Numbered from the stretch's first letter, positions 48,727 to 63,330 are shown. The stretch: 64,000 nucleotides of DNA from Eledone cirrhosa (GCA_964016885.1 OZ024740.1:244156001-244220000); one strand, 5' to 3'. Numbers and translations are program-made. The notes: generated by a model from the letters alone, not told the origin.

Positions 48727-51700
48727 TTAATTGTAAGTTGTGATGTTGCTGTTCCACTCATATTTTCTATTTAATTTTGGTTGTAATTCTTTTATGTTTA
48801 TTGCCTCTGTAATTTGTCTAAACATTGCATCTTTTCTGTGTGTAGATTCTATTTTTATTTCTATGTTCTCTAATTTACCCTTGTGTTCTATCTTAGCATG
48901 TTGGTAGAGTACAGATGATTCTTTATTATCTTGAAGGTCTCGCCAGTGTTCATTTATCCGTTCCCCTATACTACGAGCTGTCTCACCTATGTACACTATA
49001 TTTTTGTTTCTACATTGTCCTTCAGTACATCTTATGCTATACACTACATTTCTAGTTTTACAGTTAATATGGGGGCTGAAGGTTATACATTTCTTATCTA
49101 TACACGAGGGTCTTTGGAACGGGTATGTCTTGCTAATAAGTGTTTTTACGGAGGTACCTGGTCTTTCTACTATCTTAATATTGAGTTTATGTTTATTTAG
49201 GGCCCTTCTAAATTTGTAGGCTAGTTCGCCTCTAGGGGTTGTATCGATGAACATTACACTCTGGTATTTATTGCTATCATACCATGAGTTTATTCTATTG
49301 GCCTTGTTCCTAGTTCTTTCTATTCTATTCCAAAATTTGCTCCTATACAAGGGGCAGGTCCCATTTATGTCATTATTTACCATTTTTTCCTATTTGGTTC
49401 TGGCTCCTCTATACACTCTGATTCTATCTCTCTTATTGTAGCCAGAGAACTGCATACGGTGGATGAAGTGTTGTATGTGTCTCTCTAGTTCTTCGGGGAT
49501 GCACATGCGGGACACATTTCTCATCACCCGTACCAAATCCGCAATCAGTATGTTGATTTTGGTATGGTCCGAAATGGCCGAGTTTCGGTGGATCAGATGT
49601 TTGGAAGTCATGGGTTTGGCATAATGGGAATGGAGGATTTGTTTTTGGTTGTTAATGGTATCTAACCAGAGCTCTGTGTCTAGTACAGGTAATCGATGAT
49701 TGGGGTGTCTACTTGGGTAGTCTATAGTAACTCTAATGCTCTGGTGGATGGAGTTTGCTATTTGCTGGATGCTTTCCATTGTGTTTTTCTCTAGTTCCTG
49801 ACTGTTCTCTAGTGGGGGTGTCTTAACTACGATGTTTATATCATCTACGTAGCGGGAGTACATTATCAGGGTTAAGCTGTCTTCTAATTGTTCTTTAAGC
49901 TTAAGTTTAAGTCTACTGTCCCACCATACCATGAATAAGTTAGCTATGTCGCCTGCAATGCTAACACCAATGGCTGCTCCTTCCTCTTGGGCATATGTTT
50001 TTCCATTAAATTTGAACATATGTTCCTTAAGGGTTAATTTTATGCTGGCCCCTACCGCATGTGCAATCATTTTCTTCAGTTCATCGTGGTTTTCGGGTGT
50101 CCGTATGGCTCTGGTCCACCCGTTCCATCTATCTGTGTGGGTTTTCTTGGCCATTGAGGTAATGGTAGGTGGTCTGCCTCTTGCTGGTCTTGTAGGGCAC
50201 AGGTTGCTAAGGTCATATGTGTCTAGGTAACTATTACTATGGGTAAGCTTAAGTAGAAGTCCCAGCTCACTGGTATCAATCCCACGGAACTCAACCTTGC
50301 TCTCGCTGATCATTTCTACGCATTTCTCCACAGCAAAATTCACGTCAATAGATGGATACAGGGACACAACATCCATACTGCCTATTATGCAGTTTGTTAG
50401 GTCCCCAGATCGGTTACTCACGCCGATTCTGCTGAGGAGGTCCTCCGTGCTGTCACATACATCTGGGGACATCTCAATGATGGGGCGTATGATCAGGGAG
50501 AGGAAGTAGGACAGTCTGTAGTTACTAGCAATGTTAGCTCCACAGACTGGCCGTGTTGGTGGTCCCGCGACAGGGTCACAGCCCGTTTTATGGTCTTTTC
50601 GAAGCCCATACAACGCTGGCACGTCATTGTTCCAGGCCTGGAAGTTGTTGGCAGTCCTTTTGTTGGGCTGCATTATATTTGTCCACATCACCATATGGGC
50701 ATTGAGGGCTTTTTCTCTATCCTCATGCTCCTGTGGTGTTACCTCTCTTGTGTTAGTGATGTAGGGTTGCATTGCCTGGATGTAGTTTGGCAGGCTGTCA
50801 ACCGACATTCTGCTATACTTGTCTGTTGGAAAGCATGCTATCTCTCCATTACGTGAGCGCTGCATGAGCTTACGCAAGCCATTTGCAGATTTTTCTCCCA
50901 GTTGCTGGGCCTCTATTCTATTATGCTTCTTGCTATACTGTTCTATAATATTTCTAAGTTCGGATCTAGCTATACTAAATTGTGCTTCTGTTTGTTCATC
51001 GACCTGCGACGGCAACTGCGTGCGTTTGTTAAATGGTAAAGTCGTGGCGTGGACTCGTCGCAGGTCGAATGATTTATCGGAGGGATTATAAAACGGAGAG
51101 TTCCAGGCTGCTGCTTTATGTGTACTAGTGCTATTGTTATTGTTAGTTGTGTTGTTTCTATTTCTATTTCCACCAACAGCCTCATGGTTGTTTCTATGTC
51201 TCTCATAATTACTCCTGTCTCTTTCCACTGGCTCAATGTTGTTATCTACCCTATTTTGTGTGTCTGTGTGTTCGTCTTGGTTATTCTCTTTGTCCTTAGT
51301 CTCTCTTCTCCTTTTAATCCTATTACTTTCCCTTATTTCTGTGATTTCTGTGCTACTGTCATTACTTGTTTTCTGTGTCTGTGTGTTTGTTAAGATTGTG
51401 GTGGTGGTGAGAGGCATTGAATGCGTGTGTGTTGTTGTTGTTGATGTGTGCTGTTGTTGATGTGTGTTGTTGTTGTCTCCGTGTGTGTTATCGTTGTTGT
51501 GTGTGTTGTTATTGTTGTTTGTCTCTGCGTGTCTGTTGTTGTTGTTTCTGGGTATGTTGCTATTGTTGTTGTTGTTGATGTGTGTGTTGTTGTTATTGTT
51601 GTTTGTGTCTGTTGTTGTTGGGATGTGTGTTGTATATGTGTGTGCGTATATTGTTGCTTTTGTTTTTGATGCTCCAGCGTAGTTTTGTAAATGATTTTTC

Positions 51701-52423
51701 TATTTCTGACAGACAACTAATCATATTTACCTTCTTGAATGTCGCAAATTTCGGCGGCAGACATAACACAGACATTTCATCATTATCTATTTTTGCGTTC
51801 CCATATATGTTGGTGTTTTTGTTGTTGAACTCTTCTGGTAATGAGGTGTCGGCCATGTTGATACCGTCAATTTTGTCGGGATATCTATTGGTATACTCTA
51901 TAGTATCCTGATTTAGCTTTGCCTGTTTAAGCCACTTTAGTTTCCTGTTAAAGTGCTTATCACATTCTTGAGTAATGTACTGTTCTTCGGGGCGTATAAG
52001 GCTTATAAATATTAGTTTCTCTCTTGGTGCGGTGATCCTAGCTATTTCTTGTATTAGGTTACGCTTTTGTTTTTCTTGATGACTTAATTCTCTATAGATC
52101 TTCTTTTTTATGTTTAGAATTAATGTTCGTTTTAGCCTATCTGCTTGTTTTTTGGTGAGTTGTAATCTTCTAACGTCGGTATTGATGGTGTTGGTGTAGA
52201 TTCTGGACGAGGCACACAGCTTTATGAAGTATAGTTGTCGAGATGTTATGGTTTTTCGTAGACAACAGAACATGGTGGTTTTCAGTATCTTGTTAGCCTG
52301 GCTAAGGCTTACGATATTTCGTTTCTGAATTTGTTTAGCAAGATTCTTTATCTGAAATCGTGTGTTGAAACCGATATTGTTATACTTTGGGAGGGTCATG
52401 TTGCCAATAAGAAACACACGCAC
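48727..52423 (-). pseudogene. PLE polyprotein (N-domain, RT, GIY-YIG) with frameshifts in a Thr/Gln-rich linker and one in-frame TAG
   Basis: LPPKF..KLRW, PTDK, LYGLRKDHK, RPVC, SMDVVSLYPSI, QEEGAAIG, RYVDD, PVLD, VVYSIRC..VYIGET.R...RINEH. TAG at 49390-49392 is in frame with the 218-aa endonuclease ORF. Confidence 0.92.
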
Positions 52424-52539
52424 CAGTTGCTTTCACTTCAATTTATTATATATTTATAAATTTATAAATCTACAAATCTACAAATTTATAAATTTCTGGT
52501 TGGTTGGTTGGTTCCACAACCAGATAGTTGTTTATATAT

Positions 52540-52584
52540 AGTCATAGTCCTTTCGTCACACACTCTGTGATCTCTTCAGTGACT
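52540..52584 (-). ncRNA. Type I hammerhead in the 5' pLTR
   Basis: Same as 48476-48520 with one substitution at the base of stem II. Confidence 0.8.
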
Positions 52585-53143
52585 GGGGATTCCTTTCTTT
52601 GTTTCTGTGCCTTTCCTTTCTTCTGTCCTACGCCATTTTGTTTCTGTGTGTGTGTTGTGTGCTCAGTTTGCGCATGCGCCACATCCGGGTGTCTGTGTGT
52701 GTTTGTGTTCATTTATCTATTTGTTTATTTATTTACATGTTATTGGTTGGTTGTTTGTTCTATGTGTGTGTGTGTTTTCATTTTGTCCTTAATTGTAAGT
52801 TGTGATGTTGCTGTTCCACTCATATTTTCTATTTAATTTTGGTTGTAATTCTTTTATGTTTATTGCCTCTGTAATTTGTCTAAACATTGCATCTTTTCTG
52901 TGTGTAGATTCTATTTTTATTTCTATGTTCTCTAATTTACCCTTGTGTTCTATCTTAGCATGTTGGTAGAGTACAGATGATTCTTTATTATCTTGAAGGT
53001 CTCGCCAGTGTTCATTTATCCGTTCCCCTATACTACGAGCTGTCTCACCTATGTACGCTATATTTTTGTTTCTACATTGTCCTTCAGTACATCTTATGCT
53101 ATACACTACATTTCTAGTTTTACAGTTAATATGGGGGCTTATA

Positions 53144-53177
<34 letters not shown>

Positions 53178-53289
53178 TTTTATTAAAATAACAGATTAAA
53201 GTTTAAGCAAAGAATAGCTGCTTTCACCCTTAACGGGATCTTCTGAAAGATATATATATGTATATATACATATATATATGTATATATAC

Positions 53290-53325
<36 letters not shown>

Positions 53326-53429
53326 CATATATATATATATATATATGTATATATATGTACATATATATGTGTGTGTCTGTGTGTGTGTGTATATGTATAT
53401 GTATATATATATGTATATATATATATATA

Positions 53430-54031
<602 letters not shown>

Positions 54032-54266
54032 TATATATATAGACTGAGAGGTATGGTATCGGCACGTTTTATGGCGAAACATTCTCTTTTTAGAGATTGT
54101 CCAAGTGTTTTATAGTTACAAAGGTTTGTCTGTACACTTTGATTTACTCTTTTAATTAATATGTATTTTCCATTCCTTTCGTAGACTTTATACCTTTCAT
54201 TCTAGTGGTTCTCTACCCCCTCGTAATTGATAACATACCCCTTTGTGTTTTCTGCTTTATATCCTG

Positions 54267-54313
<47 letters not shown>

Positions 54314-54323
54314 GGAGTATGGG

Positions 54324-54387
<64 letters not shown>

Positions 54388-54464
54388 ATATTAGCTGCGC
54401 GAGTAATTCTTCCAAATTTACATATATAGTTGAAAATTGCAAACTTGACTGTCACCACAGAATA

Positions 54465-54503
54465 TGAACCTGAAGATTGCGAAAGCATGAAAGTACTTGT
54501 TCA
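54465..54503 (+). ncRNA. Minimal type I hammerhead, intact core
   Basis: tgaac CTGAAGA T TGC-gaaa-GCA T GAAA GTAC TT gttca, on a ~270-bp non-coding unit between (TA)n tracts. Confidence 0.85.
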
Positions 54504-54709
54504 ATTAACACTTAACATTTAATATTCTACCATACTATTTCATTCTAATACCATTATAAATTTTAAAGGATTGTAAATGAAACGAGTAAATCAGACAAAG
54601 TTGGAATTCCTATTATTAATATAATCTTCTATACACAATCATACACACCCGTGTATATTTATTTATATATATATATATATATATTTATTTATATATATAT
54701 ATATGTGTG

Positions 54710-54807
<98 letters not shown>

Positions 54808-55500
54808 GAAGAATGACCCGCGCAGCTAATATCTTTATAATAAAATTATTTTGATAAAAATAGGTGGGCGAGCACAACGGATAAATGGACTAAACACAGG
54901 ACTGTCCCTTCTTATCAGTCGACCTCTGGCGGAACATGTGATCTCAGCTTATTAAGGTCGATGTCACTAACTCCAGTGCACATAAGATAGTAATAAATGG
55001 ACACAAGGCAAGACGAGTTAGGGCAAGACGAGTTAGGGCAATCAACGGTCTTATTTTCAAATATATATATATATACGTGTGATTGCTCTAACCTTTAAAC
55101 AAAACACTTAGAAAATAGCGTAAACCTGCCGCACACTCATAGCTCCTGTTAAACCAACTCCCTTTGGTGGATCACGCTCCTAACCAAGCAATCTTGGCCG
55201 GGTTGTCAGTGACAGGTTGTACTGGGTTACATATAACTGGTAAGGCTCAAGAGCGACAAATCAAAAGCCATCCAATAGTGTGTAAAAAACGGGTAGACAG
55301 AGCTCGTTAACATTGATTAGCATTATATTTCAGTTATTATACTACAATCATGATGGAATATTGTCTTCATAAGATTTAATTGATCGTATCGACCAGAGTT
55401 GTCTTTTCTAAAGTTGATGTCTTACATGCAGTTAGGATGACATCGAATGGCAGGCGATATATTTTCAGCCTGTTCGGGCCTTTTTGAAACTTAAAGTAAT

Positions 55501-55876
55501 ATTTGTTTCTACTTTTGGTACAAGGCCAGCAATCACCCAGTGCATTACTGGTACTTTATTTTATCGACCCCGTAAGGATGAAAGGCAAAGTTAACCTCGG
55601 CGGGATTTGAACTCAGAATGGAAAGGGCTGTAACTCAATGCGTCAAAGCATGGCGTCCGACGCTCTACCGATACTGCCAATCCACCGCCCTACTTAAAGT
55701 AATAATTGTTTCTACGTTAAGCACAAGGCCAGCAATGACTGGTACTTTATTTTATCGACTCCGTAAGGATGAAAGGCAAAGTTAACCTCGGCGGGATTTG
55801 AACTCAGAATGGCAAGGGCCGTAACTCTATGCGCCAAAGCATGGCATCCGACACTCTACCAATACTGCCAATCCAA
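55501..55876 (-). mobile_element. Two adjacent Nin-domain SINEs (~55501-55690 and ~55706-55876)
   Basis: Family consensus; ttaaagtaata flanks the first copy. Confidence 0.9.
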
Positions 55877-55945
55877 TGGAGTGACATGTTATATGATACA
55901 TATACACTCACAAACACACAACACACTTATATATATATATATATG

Positions 55946-56042
<97 letters not shown>

Positions 56043-56318
56043 GCGTGGGTGTGTGTATGTTTGTGAGTGTATATGCATCATATAACATGTCACCCCATTA
56101 TTACTTTAAGTAGGGCGGTGGATTGGCAGTATCGGTAGAGCATCGGTCTCCATGCTTTGACACATAGAGTTACGGCCCTTTCCATTCTGAGTTCAAATCC
56201 CGCTGAGGTGTGTGGCGTGTGTGTGTTTGTGTGTGTGCGTGTGTGTGTGTATGTGTGTGCGTGTGTGTGCGTGTGTGTGTGTGTGTGTGTGCGTGTGTGT
56301 GTGCGCGTGTGTGTGTAT

Positions 56319-56366
<48 letters not shown>

Positions 56367-56394
56367 GTGTGCGTGTGTGTGCGTGCGTGTGTGC

Positions 56395-56425
<31 letters not shown>

Positions 56426-56554
56426 TGTGTGTGTGTGCGTGCGTGTGTGTGTGTGTGTGTGCGCGCGCATGTGTGTGTGTGTGTGTGCGCGCGTGCGTGT
56501 GTGCGTGGATGTGTTGAGGTATAAATAAGTAAATAGCCAATAATATAAACATAC

Positions 56555-56869
56555 ATGTTTCATCATCATTGATATTGGGATAACGGGGACATTTCTGGTC
56601 CAATACGTCGACATGAAGTGTTTCAATCCTTGGCCGGCTCAAACGTTCTGGGAACCGATCCCGCTTCCCTTGGAATATTAGTTTCATGTAGCGTTCTTTG
56701 GCTGCATTGACTATGTCACAAAATTTCAGAGAGCTGGTCACAGAGAATTGGTCAGGGTCGATACTGAAGAGTTGGGGTGACTTCTTCCATTGGCGTGGCA
56801 TTGGCCATGGACTTCCCGGTGGTGTAACTCGGCCCTGGGTAGTAAAAATTGGTGAAAGTTGTTTAATAA
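56555..56869 (-). CDS. HEXB: Beta-hexosaminidase (GH20) exon A, N-terminal domain; acceptor ambiguous (exon start 56869 or 56834)
   Basis: Translates (x)IKQLSPIFTTQGRVTPPGSPWPMPRQW...CDIVNAAKERYMKLIF...QKCPRYPNINDDET, with the WPxP and CxxYP...DE motifs of HEXA/HEXB N-domains. Ends ACA T|GTATGT (phase 1). The symbol is nominal; the gene is probably co-orthologous to HEXA and HEXB. Confidence 0.85.
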
Positions 56870-57055
56870 CTGTTTATATGTTTATACGTTTGGCACAATA
56901 CCAGCAAATTTAGAGGGAAGGGAGAAATTGATTATATCAACCCCCGTACTTGACTGGTACTTTTATTATCGACCTCGGAAAAAGGAAAAGCAAAGTTGAC
57001 CTCGGCGAGATTAGAACTCAGAACGTAAAGAGGCGAAAACAATACTTCTAAGCAT

Positions 57056-58466
57056 AATAATTGTTTCTACTTTTGGCACAAGGTCAGCAATTACCCAGTG
57101 TATTACTGGTACTTTATTTTATCGACTCCGTAAGGATGAAAGGCAAAGTTAGATAATAATAATTGTTTCTACTTTTGGCACAAGGTCAGCAATTACCCAG
57201 TGTATTACTGGTACTTTATTTTATCGACTCCGTAAGGATGAAAGGCAAAGTTAGATAATAATAATTGTTTCTACTTTTGGCACAAGGTCAGCAAATACCC
57301 AGTGTATTACTGGTACTTTATTTTATCGACTCCGTAAGGATGAAAGGCAAAGTTAGATAATAATAATTGTTTCTACTTTTGGCACAAGGTCAGCAATTAC
57401 CCAGTGTATTACTGGTACTTTATTTTATCGACTCCGTAAGGATAAAAGGCAAAGTTAGATAATAATAATTGTTTCTACTTTGGGCACAAGGTCAGCAATT
57501 ACCCAGTGTATTACTGGTACTTTATTTTATTGACCCCGTAAGGATGAAAGGCAAAGTTAGATAATAATAATTGTTTCTACTTTTGGCACAAGGTCAGCAA
57601 TTATCTCAGTGTATTACTGGTACTTTATTTTATCGACCCCGTAAGGATGAAAGGCAAAGTTAGATAATAATAATTGTTTCTACTTTTGGCACAAGGTCAG
57701 CAATTATCACAGTGTATTACTGGTACTTTATTTTATCGACCCCGTAAGGATGAAAGGCAAAGTTAGATAATAATAATTGTTTCTACTTTTGGCACAAGGT
57801 CAGCAAATACCCAGTGTATTACTGGTACTTTATTTTATCGACTCCGTAAGGATGAAAGGCAAAGTTAGATAATAATAATTGTTTCTACTTTTGGCACAAG
57901 GTCAGCAATTACCCAGTGTATTACTGGTACTTTATTTTATCGACTCCGTAAGGATGAAAGGCAAAGTTAGATAATAATAATTGTTTCTACTTTTGGCACA
58001 AGGTCAGCAAATACCCAGTGTATTACTGGTACTTTATTTTATCGACTCCGTAAGGATAAAAGGCAAAGTTAGATAATAATAATTGTTTCTACTTTGGGCA
58101 CAAGGTCAGCAATTACCCAGTGTATTACTGGTACTTTATTTTATTGACCCCGTAAGGATGAAAGGCAAAGTTAGATAATAATAATTGTTTCTACTTTTGG
58201 CACAAGGTCAGCAATTATCTCAGTGTATTACTGGTACTTTATTTTATCGACCCCGTAAGGATGAAAGGCAAAGTTAGATAATAATAATTGTTTCTACTTT
58301 TGGCACAAGGTCAGCAATTATCTCAGTGTATTACTGGTACTTTATTTTATCAACCCCCGTAAGGATGAAAGGAAAATTAATATCGGCGGGAGTTGAACTC
58401 AGGTCGTAAAGGGCCGTAACTCTACGCTGCTAAGCATGGCATCCGACCTTCTACTGATACTGCCAA
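57056..58466 (-). repeat. SINE-derived tandem array: 13 x 102-103 bp of the SINE 3' half behind one tRNA head
   Basis: ttgtttctac at 57061, 57163, 57265, 57367, 57469, 57571, 57674, 57777, 57879, 57981, 58083, 58185 and 58288; head at ~58380-58466. Confidence 0.95.
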
Positions 58467-58564
58467 ATGCTTAGTAAGTTGTTAAGCGAGAAAGGTGGAA
58501 AAGAGATTGATGGCTGGCAGAAAGAGAGAGAAGGTTACATACTGAATGCATTCACTCTCACACA

Positions 58565-60540
58565 TATACTTATAAACACATACATATATAAACACATACA
58601 TATATATAACACATACATATATAAACACATACATATATAAACACATACATATATAAACGCATACAAATAAAAACGCATACATATATAAACACATACATAT
58701 ATAAACACATACATATATAAACGCATACAAATATAAACACATACATATATAAACACATACATATATAAACCCATATATATATATAAGCACATACATATAT
58801 AAACACATACATATATAAACACATACATATATAAACACATACATATATAAACACATACACACATACATATATAAACCCATACATATATAAACCCATACAT
58901 ATATAAAACATACATATATAAACACATATATATATAAACCCATATATATATAAACACATACATATATAAACACATACATATATAAACACATATATATATA
59001 AACCCATATATATATAGACACATACATATATAAACACATACATATATAAACATATACATATATGAACACATACATATATAAACCCATATATATATAAACC
59101 CATATATATAAACACATACATATATAAACCCATACATATATAAACACATACATATATAAACACATATATATATAAACCCATATATATATAAACACATACA
59201 TATATAAACCCATACATATATAAACACATACATATATAAACACATACATATATAAACACATATATATATATAAACACATACATATATAAACACATACATA
59301 TATAAACCCATATATATATAAACCCATACATATATAAACACATACATATATAAACACATATATATATAAACCCATATATATATAAACACATATATATATA
59401 TAAACCCATATATATATAAACACATACATATATAAACACATACATATATAAACGCATACAAATATAAACCCATATATATATATATAAGCACATACATATA
59501 TAAACACATACATATATAAACACATACATATATAAACACATACATATATAAACACATACATATATAAACCCATACATATATAAACCCATATATATATAAA
59601 CACATACATATATAAACACATACATATATAAACACATACATATATAAACACATATATATATAAACCCATATATATATAAACCCATACATATATAAACCCA
59701 TACATATATAAACCCATATATATATAAACCCATACATATATAAACACATACATATATAAACACATATATATATAAACACATATATATATAAACACATACA
59801 TATATAACACATACATATATAAACACATACATATATAAACCCATATATATATAAACACATACATATATAAACACATACATATATAAACCCATATATATAT
59901 AAACACATACATATATAAACACATACATATATAAACACATACATATATAACACATACATATATAAACACATACATATATAAACACATACATATATAAACC
60001 CATATATATATAAACCCATATATATATAAACACATACATATATAAACACATACATATATAAACACATACATTTATAAACACATACATATATAAACACATA
60101 CATATATAAAACACATACATATATAAACCCATATATATATAAACACATACATATATAAACACATATATATATAAACACATACATATATAAACACATACAT
60201 ATATAAACCCATACAAATATAAACACATACATATATAAACACATACATATATAAACCCATATATATATATAAGCATATACATATATAAACACATACATAT
60301 ATAAACACATACATATATAAACACATACATATATAAACACATACACACATACATATATATAAACCCATACATATATAAACCCATACATATATAAACGCAT
60401 ACATATATAAACCCATACATATATAAACACATACATATATAAACACATACATATATAAACACATACATATATAAACACATACATATATAAACACATACAT
60501 ATATAAACACATACATATATAAACCCATATATATATAAAT
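58565..60540. repeat. 16-bp minisatellite (acatacatatataaac)n, ~2 kb
   Basis: Directly visible; the 500-650 aa ORFs here are artefacts of it. Confidence 0.97.
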
Positions 60541-60834
60541 ATTATATCTCTATTATCATAATTAGGTTTCGTCTGCTTCTAGCAGGTTCAATAGGATGCA
60601 TCGCTCTAAAGTTATCCATGTTTAACTATATGTGTACAGTGTCACACTCGGATCCCCCGCATGGTGACTCGAAGGTTACGGTGGAGTTTGAACTCCGAAA
60701 CAAACATCAAGGTTAAGACTGATTGTGTTGACGTATTATGATAAGTGTTCCGAGCCGAAGGACTACATTGTCCAATACATTGTTTTATCTAAGACGGCAA
60801 GATGCATTAGTCGCTGGCTGTTCTCCACGGCATA

Positions 60835-60997
60835 GGGTCGGACGCCATGCTTTCCAGCATAGTTACGTTCCTTTATGATCTGAGTTCAAATCTCGCCGAG
60901 GTTAAATTTGCCTTTCATCCTTACGGGGTCGATAAAATAAAGTACCAGTAATGCACTGGGATAATTGTTGGCCTTGTGCCTAAAGTAGAAACAATTA
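60835..60997 (+). mobile_element. 5'-truncated Nin-domain SINE
   Basis: B box GAGTTCAAATC and tttgcctttcatccttacggggtcgataaa. Confidence 0.88.
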
Positions 60998-61519
60998 CTT
61001 TCGACATTTTATCTGCGGTGCGCAGCTGAAATTTACCTTCCCATTTATATTTAATTTTTCTTTCTCCAAACCTTTTTTCTTTTCTTCCAGTTTGTTATTT
61101 TATTTTATACTTTCATTGTCTACAAAAAATATGATTAATTAACGATAATTGTTTAAATGATAAAAACCAATGACTAGTAACATCTTATCCAGGCATATAT
61201 AATACTTCATTAGTTGCCTTACGAAGCATTAAGGAATTTGAAAAATATAGTCACCACAATGCAGCTATATAATAATAGTTGATAACTATAGATAGTAGTT
61301 GAATAAATCGGGTAAAGTGGCCATTGCAGACAGAATCAAGTGGAAAGAGATACCTATGGGGAAGGCACCACGCAACTCTCGTGTGCCATGCCAGTGGCTT
61401 CAACCATTACGCCAAAGCGTCCCAGTCCGTTAACTCTCGACTTTTCAGAAAACCGAAACGTGCAGTCCAATCTATTCTGTCTCTAGTGAGTAAAGTACCT
61501 GATTTTTTTAACTATTACC

Positions 61520-62800
61520 TATAGCCGACCGTACCACATACTTCTCACCTCACCAGCGCCCTCCCAACACCCGCCTTCATTTCCCTCTCACCTACCACCC
61601 CATCACCCTACCACTCCGGTGATATATTTTCCGTTCCTTCCGCACCTTCTTTTCTGACCCCGTCACTTCTATCTTTTTTCCTAACCCACTTATTACCGCA
61701 TTTAAGCGCTCCTGTAACCCCCTGGTACGCAGTTCCTTCTCGTCCTCTCCTACGAATCCACCGGCACTCATACTTGTTCTCGTCCCCGCTGTAACACTTG
61801 TCCTTTCATTTCCATCCTCACCACTCTCACAGGCCCTAACGGGTCATTCTGTATCTGCCACTCCTTCACATGCACCTCCCCCCACATAGTCTATGCCCTC
61901 CGGTGTTTCCGTTGCGGGTCCTTAAAAATCGGACAAACGGACGCCGTTTGGCGAACCGTTTTGCTGAACATTTGAGGGACATACAACTCGGTTTGGATAC
62001 TCCTGTCGCCCGTCACTTCCGTTCCCCTGGTCACTCTTCCCTACATGTTTCAGTCCTGGGTGTCATTTTACATCACGCATCATAGGCCTCACGCACCAGG
62101 ACTGAACTGTATCTTATTTACCGCCTTGGATCCTGTTTCCCTCATGGACTCAACTCCCCTCCCCAATTCCTTTAATACCACGTCCGTTATCACACACACA
62201 CTTGTACATTCACCCCTAGATTCCTATGGCCCTCTTATGGTCAGAAAGATATACACTTACAGCTAATAGAGACCAACAAAATACGCACACTCCACTTTTC
62301 CCTTTACAGCTCTTTATATATACACACAACCTTATATTAACATACTTTTCCTCATAGCTTCGTACTTACAAGCACACACACTGTTTTAGTTACATATACA
62401 CACACATATCCTCTTAGCTTCATACTGACGTATAATAACATACACACAAACACACACACGCATATGCACACGCACAACTATAGCTCTTTACACAAAACGG
62501 TCTTTTTTCCATTTCAGGTAGACGTGCTTCACCATCTACTTTTCTAAAAAGATATATCATACACAAAACGCCAACATCAACAGTTTTCCAAGAGATGGAC
62601 CTGTTATTTTTCTCTAAAAAAATTTGTTTCCAATTCCATTCCGCCCGTCCTTTCAATCTTTCTAATTTCTCCCATCTTTCTTCTGATGAAGGACTAGCGT
62701 CTGAAACGTTGAGCCCCTCTTCCTGCTATTTCAAGCATTAACCTAATATATTCTTTCCATATTCTGTACCGATTGTGTTATTAGTTCTGTTTACCTTACA
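61520..62800 (+). mobile_element. PLE (Neptune-like) GIY-YIG 3' fragment with hammerhead
   Basis: PLTYHP, TAFKR, CSRPRCNTCP, FTCTS, RRLANRFAEHLRDI..PVARHF. Confidence 0.85.
62680..62713 (+). ncRNA. Minimal type I hammerhead
   Basis: ctt CTGATGA A GGAC-tagc-GTCT GAAA CG TT gag; stem I is short. Confidence 0.7.
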
Positions 62801-62819
62801 CACACACACACACACAGAA

Positions 62820-62853
<34 letters not shown>

Positions 62854-62860
<7 letters not shown>

Positions 62861-63185
62861 ATCAAAAGATGGTTAAAGGAGTTCAATATATTTTATTATG
62901 CGCATTTCAAAAACAAACATCATCAAACAATAATATTTGTGTTTTCATCAGATAAAACAGGAGAACATGATATGAAGGCTAAAAAAACACTTGTTGATAG
63001 TGCAGTTTTAAATCAACATATGTTGATTTAAAACTGCACTATCAACAAGTGTTTTTTTAGCCTTCATATCATGTTCTCCTGTTTTATCTGATGAAAACAC
63101 AAATATTATTGTTTGATGATGTTTGTTTTTGAAATGCGCATAATAAAATATATTGAACTCCTTTAACCATCTTTTGATCTTATAT
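62854..63185. repeat. Perfect zero-spacer palindrome, 166-bp arms
   Basis: Centre aatcaacat|atgttgatt between 63019 and 63020; no mismatch found by eye. Confidence 0.95.
63081..63149 (+). ncRNA. Type I hammerhead with long stem II (mirror copy at 62890-62958, -)
   Basis: gttttat CTGATGA aaa..caaatattatt-gttt-gatgatgtttg..ttt GAAA TGCGCA TA ataaaat. Confidence 0.82.
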
Positions 63186-63271
63186 TATGCATACTCCAGT
63201 CCCACAAACTGTAGAGTGCTTCTTATCCGATATCTGCATTGCTTTATTGTACTACAATAAAACTCACCTCC

Positions 63272-63330
<59 letters not shown>

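Noticed and set aside
49390-49392. Programmed readthrough or selenocysteine between PLE RT and endonuclease
   Set aside because: The codon is TAG, not TGA; a single substitution from a Tyr codon is simpler. A family consensus is needed to revisit this.
57056-58380. CRISPR-like regular array
   Set aside because: Units repeat in full with no unique spacers, derive from a SINE, and there are no cas genes; eukaryotic context.
58482-60528. ORFs of 529-653 aa rich in Y/M/C/V/I
   Set aside because: Stop-free translations of a 16-bp minisatellite, open in all three minus-strand frames.
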